Shown here piece by piece: positions 41,212 through 51,268 of a stretch of DNA of 64,000 nt; the stretch's first letter is position 1, and each line of letters starts with the position of its first letter. The stretch comes from an uncultured delta proteobacterium. GTDB lineage: Bacteria > Desulfobacterota > Desulfobacteria > Desulfobacterales > QNYZ01. The position numbers were made by a program, and so were the translations under genes. The stretch lies in the NCBI GenBank assembly GCA_963845145.1, contig CAWJQU010000001.1:64001-128000 (forward strand), given 5' to 3'. The notes beneath the pieces were generated by a model. That model was not told the DNA's origin. It searched no databases and was given only the letters and a program-made list of their open reading frames with translations.

Positions 41212-41733
41212 TTAATAAAAAACATCTCCGGGATCAGGTCTTTTGCCCATTGTATTTAAACCGCTTTTAGAATCGACCTTCAGGGCATTTCGAGCGGCTC
41301 GGTCAACCAATGAAAAAATTTTATCGATATGGTTCTTTTTACGCGATGGGGTATGGCCGCTTACTTGATTCACAGATATATTCAATTGATCAGTCGCTTT
41401 GTAAAATTGCCGATAAAGTTCATGATTATTCAGCCGCTTACCATTCTTCGCGTAAAAATCATTCTCTTCTAACTTTTTCCGTCGTGCGCCCAGCCCGACG
41501 ATATTCCGGGAATCTGTAAACGATATAATCTTAGATGCGGATACCTCCGACAATGCCCATAATAGCGTTTGCAATTCCAGTTTCGTTGAGGATGTATCTA
41601 CAAAACGTTTGACGCTTATTCTTTTCGCCAGTGATTCTGGGGGTTCATCCCCTTCTGGAAAGGCCAAATAGGCACCATAGCCAATTCTCAGCTTGGTATT
41701 CACGCTTCCATCTGTAAAAAGCATATGTGTCAT
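41212..41733 (-). CDS. Ribonuclease H family protein
   Basis: FTDGS, LELQ, TDS, GH, VDRAAR (DEDD-type residues). Confidence 0.82.
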   Translation of the reverse strand: MTHMLFTDGSVNTKLRIGYGAYLAFPEGDEPPESLAKRISVKRFVDTSSTKLELQTLLWALSEVSASKIISFTDSRNIVGLGARRKKLEENDFYAKNGKRLNNHELYRQFYKATDQLNISVNQVSGHTPSRKKNHIDKIFSLVDRAARNALKVDSKSGLNTMGKRPDPGDVFY

Positions 41734-41869
41734 TTAATTCCAAGGCAAAAAGTGAGCTGCGAGCCTAAATCATACCAGACCGACAAGGGCGTTACCGATC
41801 CATTCGTCAGCTTTTTCGTGTCAGCTCTTTTGAACAATTGGCCGCGCTTACGATAATAACGATCCTATC

Positions 41870-42837
41870 TTAGTCAACAAGCTTGAGCGTGTTCTGTCGT
41901 TGCCGGTTGACGGTCAGTTGGGTCACGTCCGGCCGGGCATAATGGCCTGCCGGATCGAAATTTTGTCGCTCTTTAAAGACGGCTTGGTAATCAAGCGCGG
42001 CCACGATCAGTTTTTCCTTATCGACCACCGGCTCAACCACCCATTCCCCATCCGGGCCGGCAATACAAGACCCACCATTGGCCAACATTTCCGGACATTT
42101 CTTTAAAATCGCCTCCAAATAGGGCGTTTCCGGCGGAAAATCGCTTTTACGCATCAAACCGGACACGGACACCACATAGGAACGCGCCTCTCTGGCTATG
42201 AAGCGGCTGATATCATTGGTGTTTTGAATTCCCCCGGGCCAGATGGCGATATGCAAATCTTCTCCCTGGCCATACAGTGCGGCACGTGCAAGCGGCATCC
42301 AGTTTTCCCAGCAATTGAGTCCGCCCACAGTAAATGGCCCCAAGGGATGAACCCGAAGCCCGTGCCCGTCTCCTGGCGCCCAGGTCAAACGTTCTTCGTA
42401 AGTGGGCATCAGTTTACGATGAACGGAGCGGATAGCCCCACTGGGGTCTATGTAAACCAATGCCGCGTAAATGCTGTGCCCGCCCCGGTCTAATGGTCGC
42501 TCGATGCAACCTAACACAACGGCAATCTGTTGGTCTGCTGCGGCTTCACACAAACGGTTGAGATGTCCGGCTTCAATTTGAACAGCGTGCTGCATATAAT
42601 GCGCATGAATTTCTTTCTGGCAAGAAGAATTGAACTGTGCCCCGTCCGTAAGTCCAATCCAGAATGGATAACCCGGTAATAGGGCCTCGCCGAAGACAAC
42701 CAGTTGGCACCCCTCTTTTGCAGCCGAGTGGTACATATTCAATGATTTTATCGAGTGTTCGCTCACGGTTTAGCCATACCGGAGAAATTTGGGCCATACC
42801 GACGTGTGAGACTATCCAAATCTTCAGAATTTGACAT
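41870..42837 (-). CDS. Nitrilase / carbon-nitrogen hydrolase with two +1 frameshifts (about 42804 and 42733)
   Basis: VGMAQISPVWLNRERTL, GEALLPGYP, HRKLMPTYEER, LNCWENWMP, DPAGHYARPD. Confidence 0.88.
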
Positions 42838-42859
42838 TTCGATATTTCCTTTCGCTGCT

Positions 42860-43000
42860 TTCTCTCATAAACGAAGTACATGACAAGGGCTGATATTGCC
42901 AAAGAGACTTTACTATCTCCAAAGGGAGGCCCAAATATATTGACGGCATTGACCAAGAGCAGAATCGTAACGAAGATACCCATGCCGTATTTTCCGATAA
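42860..43000 (-). pseudogene. 3' fragment of a membrane protein gene
   Basis: GKYGMGIFVTILLLVNAVNIFGPPF...LAISALVMYF, two TM-like helices with no proper 5' part. Confidence 0.35.
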
Positions 43001-43087
43001 GGGTAAAATTCCAGTGAGTGATTCGTTATGCCCTTTTATTATGAAATTTATCATTCTTCCCGCCTAAAGAGTGATAAAATGACTCGA

Positions 43088-43282
43088 TTAATCAGGGTAT
43101 TTATCTGAGCATAGTTTACCACCAGCCCCCCAATTTTCTTTTTTTATTTCATCAATCACCATATAAATGGAACTCTCTTCACAATTAGTAATACGAGCCA
43201 TTTCTTTGGTAAACGTTTCAACAAGTTCTCTCTTTTGTTCTACCGTTCTTCCTTCCCACATTTCAATTCTAATAATCGGCAT
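43088..43282 (-). CDS. 4-oxalocrotonate tautomerase family protein
   Basis: N-terminal Pro, GRTVEQKREL, ENWGAGG. Confidence 0.92.
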   Translation of the reverse strand: MPIIRIEMWEGRTVEQKRELVETFTKEMARITNCEESSIYMVIDEIKKENWGAGGKLCSDKYPD

Positions 43283-43314
43283 TTTCTAATCCTGTAATTA
43301 TTAATTTTGTTTAC

Positions 43315-44565
43315 TTAGGCATCGTTCGCGTTTTTAACATCCCCTTCCGGCTCACCACGAGGATCAAGCGTGCCGACCATGGGAGAGGTCTTCGGTATGG
43401 CAACATACGGCACCTCATCTTCGATTTTACTTGGGAGTTTTTTCCGAAATATCCACGCTGCTACGCCCAGACTGCCTCCGCAAATGGCAGTAAAGTAATA
43501 GAGTCCCCAGGGACCGATCATGGTGATCATTAAAGATGCCAGCACGGGGCCAAAGCATGCGCCCAATCCAAAAAATAGGATCAGGGCGCCGCTGACTGGA
43601 ACGATGTCTTCTTTCTGAATATTGTCCTGGGCACGGGCCATGGCGACCGGATAAATGGTAAAGACCACCCCGAAGCAGACCGTTAGAAAAAGCAGGACAC
43701 TCAGACTTATCGCGCCCAGAATGGCGATCGAGATACTGGCAATCATCGCCAGAAAGCCCGCTAAAGACATAACGGTCAGTCGGTCGAGGCGGTCTGACAA
43801 TAGGCCCACAGGCCATTGAAACAGCAACCCGGCCCAAATGGTAAGGCTCATAAACCATGACACCTGGTGAATTTGAAGACCGATTTCCAGGGCAAACATG
43901 GGCCCCATGGCGTAGAATGAACTATTAATCAATCCGGCGATGAAACTGCCCACCATACTGAATGGCGCCAGTTGAAAAAGCTTAACCAGGTTGTATCGAG
44001 GCACTTTAAGAGGTTGGGGATGGACGGCCCGGGTGATGGAAATGGGTACCAGGCACATGGCAAACACGATCCCGGCAATCATGAATATACTTTTCCCCTG
44101 CACATCGCTGACGTTTAAAAGAAACTGACCGCTTCCATTCCCGAAATAGACCAAGATCATATATATGGACAAAAGCCGCCCACGAAAGGTGGGGTCCACC
44201 TTCTCATTCAGCCAGCTTTCAATCACGATAAACAGGCCCGTTATGCACAGCCCATTGCAAATACGCAAAAAAGCCCAAACCCAGGGACCCATATAAATAC
44301 CGTACATCAAGGCGATGGCCGTCAATACGGCGGCAAACACGGCAAAGGCCCGAATATGCCCTACCCGGTGCACGATGGGTTGGCAGAGAAAAATGCCCAA
44401 CACGATACCCAGGTAATTGCCCGACATGACCAACCCGATGACTTGTTCGGAATAGCCATTAAGGCTCATATTGACGCTGAGCAGGCTGTTCAACAAACCA
44501 CCGCCCATTGTGAGAATGGTGGTGGCTAAAAGGGGAGCCAAAAAGGATTTAATGGTGGCTAACAT
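43315..44565 (-). CDS. MFS transporter (YcaD-like)
   Basis: VGHIRAFA, IESWLN, QWPVGLLSDRLDR. Confidence 0.9.
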   Translation of the reverse strand: MLATIKSFLAPLLATTILTMGGGLLNSLLSVNMSLNGYSEQVIGLVMSGNYLGIVLGIFLCQPIVHRVGHIRAFAVFAAVLTAIALMYGIYMGPWVWAFLRICNGLCITGLFIVIESWLNEKVDPTFRGRLLSIYMILVYFGNGSGQFLLNVSDVQGKSIFMIAGIVFAMCLVPISITRAVHPQPLKVPRYNLVKLFQLAPFSMVGSFIAGLINSSFYAMGPMFALEIGLQIHQVSWFMSLTIWAGLLFQWPVGLLSDRLDRLTVMSLAGFLAMIASISIAILGAISLSVLLFLTVCFGVVFTIYPVAMARAQDNIQKEDIVPVSGALILFFGLGACFGPVLASLMITMIGPWGLYYFTAICGGSLGVAAWIFRKKLPSKIEDEVPYVAIPKTSPMVGTLDPRGEPEGDVKNANDA

Positions 44566-44679
44566 GGTGTTTGTTTGCGCCCAATAAGGGTCTAAAAAGT
44601 CGGGATAATGTCACCGAAAAAAGAGAGGGTCAAGATAAATTCGTGAAGAAATAATGTATTTATTGGTGGATAGCAAAAC

Positions 44680-45285
44680 TCACCGAGGCATCATACCTTC
44701 AACCATCGTCCGTGTTGTAAAATCGGCTAAATACGCCATGTCAATTTCATGGTGGATCTGCTTATCAATCATCAGGGTTGCCAGCCCGTGCACAGCTGCC
44801 CAGGCGACATAGGCCAGGTTAAGGGGATCTCCAGGTATAAATTTTTTTTCTTTTTGGCCTTTTTTAATGGTCTCCACGAGTAGATCAAAGACATTGTCAC
44901 CGGCTTGTTCCAGGTCTGGATCGATGTCATGGGTATCTGCGCCACAGGTAGCCATCAATCGATAATAGGTTGGGTTATCTTTGGCAAACTGCACGTAAGC
45001 AACGCCCATCTGTTGAAATTGACCGATGGTATCATTCCTGACTTTCTGCATGGCTGCTATCACTTTTTTTAAAAGACGCTTAAAGCCCTCCTCGGCAACA
45101 GCCGCCAGCAATGTTGATTTATCCGCGAAGTGACGATACGGCGCCGTACGGGAAACACCAATGCGCTCACTCAAGCCCCGTAGGGTGAGGTTGTCGATGC
45201 CTTCTTCCGCGATGATTTCAGCCGCCACGTTTAGCAGCGCGGCCCGTAAATCACCATGGTGGTATGGCGCGGTTTTTTTTCCCAT
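44680..45285 (-). CDS. TetR/AcrR family regulator (WHG-type C-terminus)
   Basis: YHHGDLR, GVSRTAPYRHFADK, WAAVHG. Confidence 0.93.
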   Translation of the reverse strand: MGKKTAPYHHGDLRAALLNVAAEIIAEEGIDNLTLRGLSERIGVSRTAPYRHFADKSTLLAAVAEEGFKRLLKKVIAAMQKVRNDTIGQFQQMGVAYVQFAKDNPTYYRLMATCGADTHDIDPDLEQAGDNVFDLLVETIKKGQKEKKFIPGDPLNLAYVAWAAVHGLATLMIDKQIHHEIDMAYLADFTTRTMVEGMMPR

Positions 45286-45307
45286 GGCTAAAAAATTAAC
45301 ACCCCAT

Positions 45308-45358
45308 GTTGACAATGTCAACTTTAGTTGGCATATTAATGTTGACGTCGTCAACATT
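45308..45358. promoter_or_regulatory. Two palindromic operators GTTGAC-N3-GTCAAC (probable TetR sites)
   Basis: gttgacaatgtcaac at 45308-45322 and aatgttgacgtcgtcaacatt at 45338-45358, between divergent genes. Confidence 0.8.
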
Positions 45359-45392
45359 GCATAAAATTAAACATAATAAAAAGGGGCATCCC

Positions 45393-45968
45393 ATGAAAAA
45401 AATTCTGTTAATACTTGGCCACCCCCGCAAAGAGAGCCTGTGCGGCGCCATTGCCGAACAATACCAATCCGGCGCCAAGCAAGCCGGACATACCATCGAA
45501 TCGGTCCATCTGGGAACCCTTGAATTCGACCCGATTCTCTGGCAAGGATATGAGCGTATGCCGCCGCTTGAACCCGATCTTGTAAAAGCCCAACAACAAA
45601 TTACCTGGGCCGATCATCTGGTGTTTGTTTACCCCACCTGGTGGGGAGGACTGCCGGCCTTGCTAAAAGGATTCGTCGATCGCGTTTTTTTGCCGGAGTT
45701 CGCCTTCAGATATAGAGAAGGATCGGCCTTTTGGGATCGACTGTTAACCGGAAAAAGCGCCCATTTGATCGTGACAATGGATTCTCCTCCCTGGTATTAT
45801 CGATGGATCAGCCGGATGCCCGGACATAACCAGATGAAAAAGACGATTTTAGGATTTTCGGGTATAAAACCGGTCAAAGTGACTTCGTTCGGCTCAGTCA
45901 AAGCGTCAAACAGGAACCAGAGGGAAAAGTGGTTGACTGCTGCGAAACACTTAGGTGAAATAGTTTGA
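45393..45968 (+). CDS. NAD(P)H dehydrogenase (quinone), flavodoxin-2 family
   Basis: GHP...S, YPTWWGGLPALLKGFVDRVF. Confidence 0.9.
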   Translation: MKKILLILGHPRKESLCGAIAEQYQSGAKQAGHTIESVHLGTLEFDPILWQGYERMPPLEPDLVKAQQQITWADHLVFVYPTWWGGLPALLKGFVDRVFLPEFAFRYREGSAFWDRLLTGKSAHLIVTMDSPPWYYRWISRMPGHNQMKKTILGFSGIKPVKVTSFGSVKASNRNQREKWLTAAKHLGEIV

Positions 45969-46071
45969 CGATATTGTTGATTTTGGAATTATCACTTTCT
46001 TTTTACCCGATTTTTATCTAATGTCATTGGTAGTGATAACCGTGCCTTTCACATAAAATCCAGGAGGTATC

Positions 46072-46908
46072 ATGGATGCTGATGTGTTAAAATTACTACC
46101 CAATTTTTTGAAAACCCTCGGCATTGACGAAGAACCCATGGGGCTTTTTTACACAGATGAAAAACCCGGCGAAGGATTTTCCCCCAAGCCCATGGACCTG
46201 CCCACCCGGGAAAAAGAGATGCAAAACGACATTGACTGGCAGGCCATATTCGGCCAGTTTTCCTGCGCCATCGGGCATATTTGGCGGGCCCGCAAAAAAA
46301 AGACAGCGGCCTATTTTTCGGCCAAACAATTCGGCTGTCCGGGTGGGGCCTTCTGGCTCGGGTTTAACAAACCCCAGGCGGAAACCATTATCAATTATGT
46401 CTCCACAGGCATTCCAGGTTGGAGCGAGGGAGAGCTTTACTGCGAGTCACCGGATGCCCTAAGACGTATTTTTGAATATGTGGACCCGAGACCCGCGCCC
46501 GGGAAATATTGCGTTATTCAACCGCTGTCTCTTTTTAAGACGGGTGAAACACCGGAGCTGGTTCTCTTCTTCCTCCGGCCGGAAGCCCTTACCGGGCTTC
46601 ACCAGCTGGCCGCGTTTGTGACCAACGATCCGGAAGTGGTGGCATCGCCGTGGAGCGCCGGATGCGGCAGCCTGGCGGTATGGCCCCTGCATTATCTGGC
46701 CAAAAAACAAAACAAAGCCGTCCTGGGGGGGTGGGACCCGTCGGCCCGGAAATTTTACAAAACCGACGAACTCTCCTTCACTGTCCCTTTTCGAATGTTT
46801 ACCGATATGCTCGTTCGTTACAAGGAGTCTTTTTTGAAAAATAAGGTATGGTCAACCGTTCAGAAAAAAATAGACCGGAGCAAAAAAGCCTGGGGTGAGA
46901 CGCTGTAA
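46072..46908 (+). CDS. DUF169 family protein
   Basis: Cys pattern CAI / GCPGG / AGCGS, G.DPSAR; AGGAGG RBS. Confidence 0.75.
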   Translation: MDADVLKLLPNFLKTLGIDEEPMGLFYTDEKPGEGFSPKPMDLPTREKEMQNDIDWQAIFGQFSCAIGHIWRARKKKTAAYFSAKQFGCPGGAFWLGFNKPQAETIINYVSTGIPGWSEGELYCESPDALRRIFEYVDPRPAPGKYCVIQPLSLFKTGETPELVLFFLRPEALTGLHQLAAFVTNDPEVVASPWSAGCGSLAVWPLHYLAKKQNKAVLGGWDPSARKFYKTDELSFTVPFRMFTDMLVRYKESFLKNKVWSTVQKKIDRSKKAWGETL

Positions 46909-46955
46909 ATCATACCTCCGCATTTAAGATGACATCGAAAAAAGTCATCAAAAGG

Positions 46956-47082
46956 GATGGCAAAGTAAAAAGGCCAAGTTCAAGGCGCCGCGAATCCCGT
47001 GTGGTGAGGCGTACTTTTCGTACGCCGCAATCACGACGGGATGAAGCGCAACGCAGTAATTGGGCTTTTTACGAAGCCATCA
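46956..47082. repeat. Hairpin-forming MITE-like element (family B)
   Basis: Termini gatggcaaagtaaaaag / ctttttacgaagccatc; central ggcgtac-ttttc-gtacgcc; extra gatgac...gtcatc palindrome at 46928-46949. Confidence 0.8.
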
Positions 47083-47245
47083 TTTTAGCCGATTCATGCT
47101 GCATGTCACCTTCGGTGTAAGTACGGCAAGTAAATTGGGTTCTGGTTGGGGCCAGTAAGCGGGTCTTTTCACTTGACCCCATGATCATTGAGACTACGGG
47201 GTCCTTCCAAACCCTGGGCCTTCGGGTTTAATCGAAGGCCACTGC

Positions 47246-49717
47246 TTAAAAAACCATAAATCCCCCATCATCCATTAACCCCGGCACCGGAACCAGCGGG
47301 ACCCCGTCATCATCGACAGCACCGTTCGCAGGCCATCTAAAATCGACATCCATCTGTTGAAAGTAGTCGAAGTTGTAAGGGGTCAAGCGGACATGGATCT
47401 CCTCATTCTTGCGAATCAACTTGGATGTTAACCCAAAATCGACCTCGCCCATAGGAGTAGCAATAATATAGCGCGGAATCTCCCGGCCACTGCCGTCTTT
47501 TCGAACCCGTCCGGCGATGTCGATCACATGGGCCACATTAATCGGACCAGCGGTGCGTAAATGGCCATCTTGAATGGGTAAGCCGGCCAGGTAGAGATGG
47601 TGAAATTCGATACCTGCAGTTCTCAATTGGTAGGCAAGCTGATTGATACAGTCGGGAGAGTCATTGATGTCCGCCAAAAGGGGCGTGTTGTTATAGACAG
47701 TAATCCCTTTGTTGCGCAGTTTTTCCGCCAAAACGGCGTGTTCCGGGTGAATTTCAGCCCCATGGAAAAACTGGGTTTCGATCTCCAGGCGTAAGGGATT
47801 CGCCACAGTCAGATGGTTCAATGATCCCAGAAGGTCGATGGCGCCCAGCGTGTACCGTGATGGATCGCTGTTGAATTTAAAACTGCGCAATCGCACGGCA
47901 TTGATATGATGGATAGCACGCAAGGCGTGAATGATGGTGGATATCCGAGGCAATGAATCCACGGCATCGCCCTCCCCGGACAGGACGACATCGGTTATTT
48001 TAGTATGGGTTTTAAGATACGAGAAGTCATCGTTAAATCGGTCCGGGTCGATTTCCACACGGGTTTCATGCACGCGATCAACTCCCGGCGTACCGGTATG
48101 CACGATAGATCGGCCGGTGCGCTGATCATTTAGCGCCTGTGCCCTTAACCGTGCCAGTGCATCCGCGTCGGTTTTCAGGTTTTTCGGCGAAACAGGTTGG
48201 CGTTCGCCAATAAACAAGGCATCATCGCCGATATCGGCCATATAGCGCACGTCAAACGTTCCTTCGGCGTTGACCGAGAGAATATCGAGCTCATTGGCGG
48301 TGGGCGCGAAGGCCTTAAAGTAGTCCGGCGTGTATGGGGTCCGAAGCCATATAAAATGGTCGTTATCCGGGTCTTTTTTGATGGCCCAGCCGCTGGAGTT
48401 CCAGTCCATTTTTCCGATGGGCGTCGCGGTGCAAGTCCTGGGGATAATCCGGTCGGACAGATGGGCCCGCAGATAGGTAGCCACTTCCAACCCTCTGTTG
48501 AGCGGCGTCCAATAAATGCTGTTGCCGTGAATGGGGCTACACGGAATGTAGAGATAGTGCAACTCGGCCCCGGCCCCCCGAAGCAGGCCAAACAGCCGCA
48601 CCAGTTCCGGGCCGGTATCATTGCAATCTTTTAAAAAAGGCGTCTGAATATAGACGGCGATTCCGGAATTGACCAGGTCGGTGATAATATCGAGGCTTTG
48701 GGGTGACACTTCATCGGGATGGATAAAATGGGTGGCCACCTCGATCCGTTTACCTGAAAGCTGCGCCTCGCTGTTTTTGGCCTTTAAAAATTTCATCAAT
48801 GAGCGGTTTTTGGCGTAAAACAGGTTCGGATAATAGGCAATCGATCTCGTGGCCAGTCGCAAGGTTTGCACATGGGGGATTTTAAGCAGCCCGTCGACGG
48901 CACACCCCAGATTGGTTCGATTCATAAAGGGATCGCCGCCGGTAAGAACGATCTCCTTAACCGTTGGTGTGCGAGCGATGTAGTCAACCGCCTTTTTAAC
49001 GTCCGCCTTCGTAGGGTTGGTCTGGTCCCGGGATTCCTTATGTTTGCGAAAACAAAAACGGCAATAGACCGGACAACTCATGTTCAATAAAAAGATGACC
49101 CGGTTTTGGTACATCTGCTCTAACAATCCCTGATGAAACTGGCCGATCCAGGTGTTGACGTGACCGATCTGGTCCAGCTCTTCTAGAAATGGTAAGTATT
49201 GGTAAGCCACGTCCGCAGAGACCCGCATCTGGCGAATGACATGGCTCGACAGCCGGACCGGAAACGTATCTAAAACCGCCTGCATATCATCGTGATGCTC
49301 ATCGAGAACCGTAACGCCGGTAAGCGCTTGAAGCTGTTCCACGGAACGAACGCTGGTGAATCGCTCGCCGGGTAAGGTCTTTTCTAAAACGGCCATGAGC
49401 AACAGGTGAGGGATTGGCACACCACCGACCTGAATGGCCGTTTGTTTCGGCTCGGTCATATTATCCAGTTGCCGGATCAGATCTCCGCAAAAACCATCGG
49501 GATCATTAGCGTACCCGGTGGCGGACAATAGTCTTTCCCATTTATGCTCCCCCGCACCGTCACCGATTATTTGATAAAATACTTTTCCCACCAGAGCGGG
49601 TGTACCGTAATACGCTAAAAAATCGATAATCGTTGCCACGGTCTCATCGCCCGAAAGCATCGTTTTATGGATATTTTGCATGGGGCTGCCGGTAGCTGCG
49701 GAATGGTTTGCGGTCAT
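47246..49717 (-). CDS. KamA-family radical SAM aminomutase with an N-terminal extension and a second, degenerate KamA-like domain
   Basis: CPVYCRFCFRK, LTGGDP, THFIHP.E, QTPFLKDCND, TPIGK; second domain LSGEGD, FFHGAE, NTPLLADIND, TPMGE. Confidence 0.85.
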   Translation of the reverse strand: MTANHSAATGSPMQNIHKTMLSGDETVATIIDFLAYYGTPALVGKVFYQIIGDGAGEHKWERLLSATGYANDPDGFCGDLIRQLDNMTEPKQTAIQVGGVPIPHLLLMAVLEKTLPGERFTSVRSVEQLQALTGVTVLDEHHDDMQAVLDTFPVRLSSHVIRQMRVSADVAYQYLPFLEELDQIGHVNTWIGQFHQGLLEQMYQNRVIFLLNMSCPVYCRFCFRKHKESRDQTNPTKADVKKAVDYIARTPTVKEIVLTGGDPFMNRTNLGCAVDGLLKIPHVQTLRLATRSIAYYPNLFYAKNRSLMKFLKAKNSEAQLSGKRIEVATHFIHPDEVSPQSLDIITDLVNSGIAVYIQTPFLKDCNDTGPELVRLFGLLRGAGAELHYLYIPCSPIHGNSIYWTPLNRGLEVATYLRAHLSDRIIPRTCTATPIGKMDWNSSGWAIKKDPDNDHFIWLRTPYTPDYFKAFAPTANELDILSVNAEGTFDVRYMADIGDDALFIGERQPVSPKNLKTDADALARLRAQALNDQRTGRSIVHTGTPGVDRVHETRVEIDPDRFNDDFSYLKTHTKITDVVLSGEGDAVDSLPRISTIIHALRAIHHINAVRLRSFKFNSDPSRYTLGAIDLLGSLNHLTVANPLRLEIETQFFHGAEIHPEHAVLAEKLRNKGITVYNNTPLLADINDSPDCINQLAYQLRTAGIEFHHLYLAGLPIQDGHLRTAGPINVAHVIDIAGRVRKDGSGREIPRYIIATPMGEVDFGLTSKLIRKNEEIHVRLTPYNFDYFQQMDVDFRWPANGAVDDDGVPLVPVPGLMDDGGFMVF

Positions 49718-49936
49718 CACTGGCTCCTTTACCCTAACGTTGCATAAATCAACCTTGGGCCTTTGTCCCCCCATATGGGATGCTTCCCTACCTGTCAACC
49801 CCATAGGTACTAACATTTGCCCTGCCCAAACAGTTCATTGGATAGCGTTTCGATTACGAAGGGCTTTTAGGTTCCTATAGGGTTATAGTGCGAATAAAAC
49901 GGTTTTGGGTCAATTTGTATGGAACGTTAGGGGTAA

Positions 49937-51268
49937 TTAAGACTGCTTATTTTTCAGGCAAAAGGATAATAACTCCATGGTATGTAAGACTTTAACGGCC
50001 CGGTCTTCCCTTTGGATGCCATCCGTCAGTTGTATCATACACCCCGGGCATCCGGTGGCCACCGCGCTGGCTCCGGTTGCAAGAATCGTTTCCGTCTTGT
50101 GCGCTAATATTTTCAAGGACGCATCCGCATGGGTCACACCGTACAATCCTCCGGATCCACAGCAAATTTCGGGCGCCATCATTTCAATGTAGCGATCGCC
50201 GGTGATCAATTTGAGTAGCTCCCGGGGTTCTTTGTAGATACCCTGTCCTTTCCTTAGATGACAAGGGTCGTGATAGGTGACGGTTTTCGGATATTGCCTT
50301 TCAAGGTGCGCGGAGATCACTTCAGGGCCAATTTTTTTGATCAGGTATTCCGATATATCGTAAGTCCGGCGGGCGACATTTACGGCTTTAGCCGACCATT
50401 GGGGATCGTCTGCTAATAGTTCGCCGTATTTCTTTTTAAGCATGTATCCGCCCGAAGAACAGACGGTGACGATATCGTCATCGCTGTCACCGGCGGTGAG
50501 AGCCTCTATGTTGCGGCGTGCCAGGACAAGAGCGGTCTGAAGATCACCACTGGCCTCTACGGGGGCGCCGCAACACGCCTGGGTTTTGGGTACGCAAACA
50601 TCGACCCCGAGCGCGTTCAGAACACCGACTGTTTTTTCCGCAATACCCGTGAAGATATAGTTGGATGCGCAGCCCGTAAAAAAAAGAACACGCGTCTGAC
50701 ATTGCGCAGCCGGGAAGAAATCTGGCGATGTGTTGCGAAACGAATGCCGGGCAAAATGTGGGACGTAACGATCTTTATCGATCAGCGGTAATGGGAATCG
50801 GCGTTTGAGGCCACTGCTGTCGGGTATCCGCTTAAAGAGAAGACGTTGCATAGCGGATCCGCTTTGAAACATAAAATCCCCGACGCCTCGGCTGGCTTGT
50901 AAAACACCGAATAACAGCTGCTTAAAAAACGGCACCCCGCGATCGATGTTCAGATCGGCTCTTGCGGAGGTGACGATTTTATCCACCCGTACGCCACTGC
51001 CGCAGTTTTCTACGCAGGAAAGGCAAAGGATACAGTTGTTCAATACATCGAAATACGTATCGGTCTTCTGTAGATCCCGATTTAAAACCGCTTCTGCCAA
51101 TGCCAGCTTTCCCCGGGCGGCAAACTTCTCCTCACCGGTTTCCCGATATACCGGACAAACGCCGCAACATTCGCCGCATTTCGCACATTTTTCAAGTTCC
51201 TGGCGAACCCGGTCCAATAGCACATTTTTCGAGACGGAGGCTTTCATTGGGATTGTTCGATACTGCAA
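49937..51268 (-). CDS. Fe-S oxidoreductase subunit (GlcF-like; 2x[4Fe-4S] plus CCG domains)
   Basis: CAKCGECCGVCP, CILCLSCVENC, ACCG, YHDPCHL, ICCGSGG, GCPGC. Confidence 0.9.
   Translation of the reverse strand: MQYRTIPMKASVSKNVLLDRVRQELEKCAKCGECCGVCPVYRETGEEKFAARGKLALAEAVLNRDLQKTDTYFDVLNNCILCLSCVENCGSGVRVDKIVTSARADLNIDRGVPFFKQLLFGVLQASRGVGDFMFQSGSAMQRLLFKRIPDSSGLKRRFPLPLIDKDRYVPHFARHSFRNTSPDFFPAAQCQTRVLFFTGCASNYIFTGIAEKTVGVLNALGVDVCVPKTQACCGAPVEASGDLQTALVLARRNIEALTAGDSDDDIVTVCSSGGYMLKKKYGELLADDPQWSAKAVNVARRTYDISEYLIKKIGPEVISAHLERQYPKTVTYHDPCHLRKGQGIYKEPRELLKLITGDRYIEMMAPEICCGSGGLYGVTHADASLKILAHKTETILATGASAVATGCPGCMIQLTDGIQREDRAVKVLHTMELLSFCLKNKQS

Noticed and set aside
36276..41869. Definite attC sites in the spacers at about 36280-36400, 39920-40010 and 41735-41870
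   Set aside because: Only partial core-box matches; no convincing paired R and L boxes by eye, so not annotated
46929..47120. 63-aa Arg-rich ORF
   Set aside because: Lies within the MITE-like palindrome; likely spurious
47150..47242. Structured RNA downstream of kamA
   Set aside because: Two short hairpins (ggccttcg/cgaaggcc and gacccc/ggggtc) are adequately explained as terminator-like structures between convergent genes
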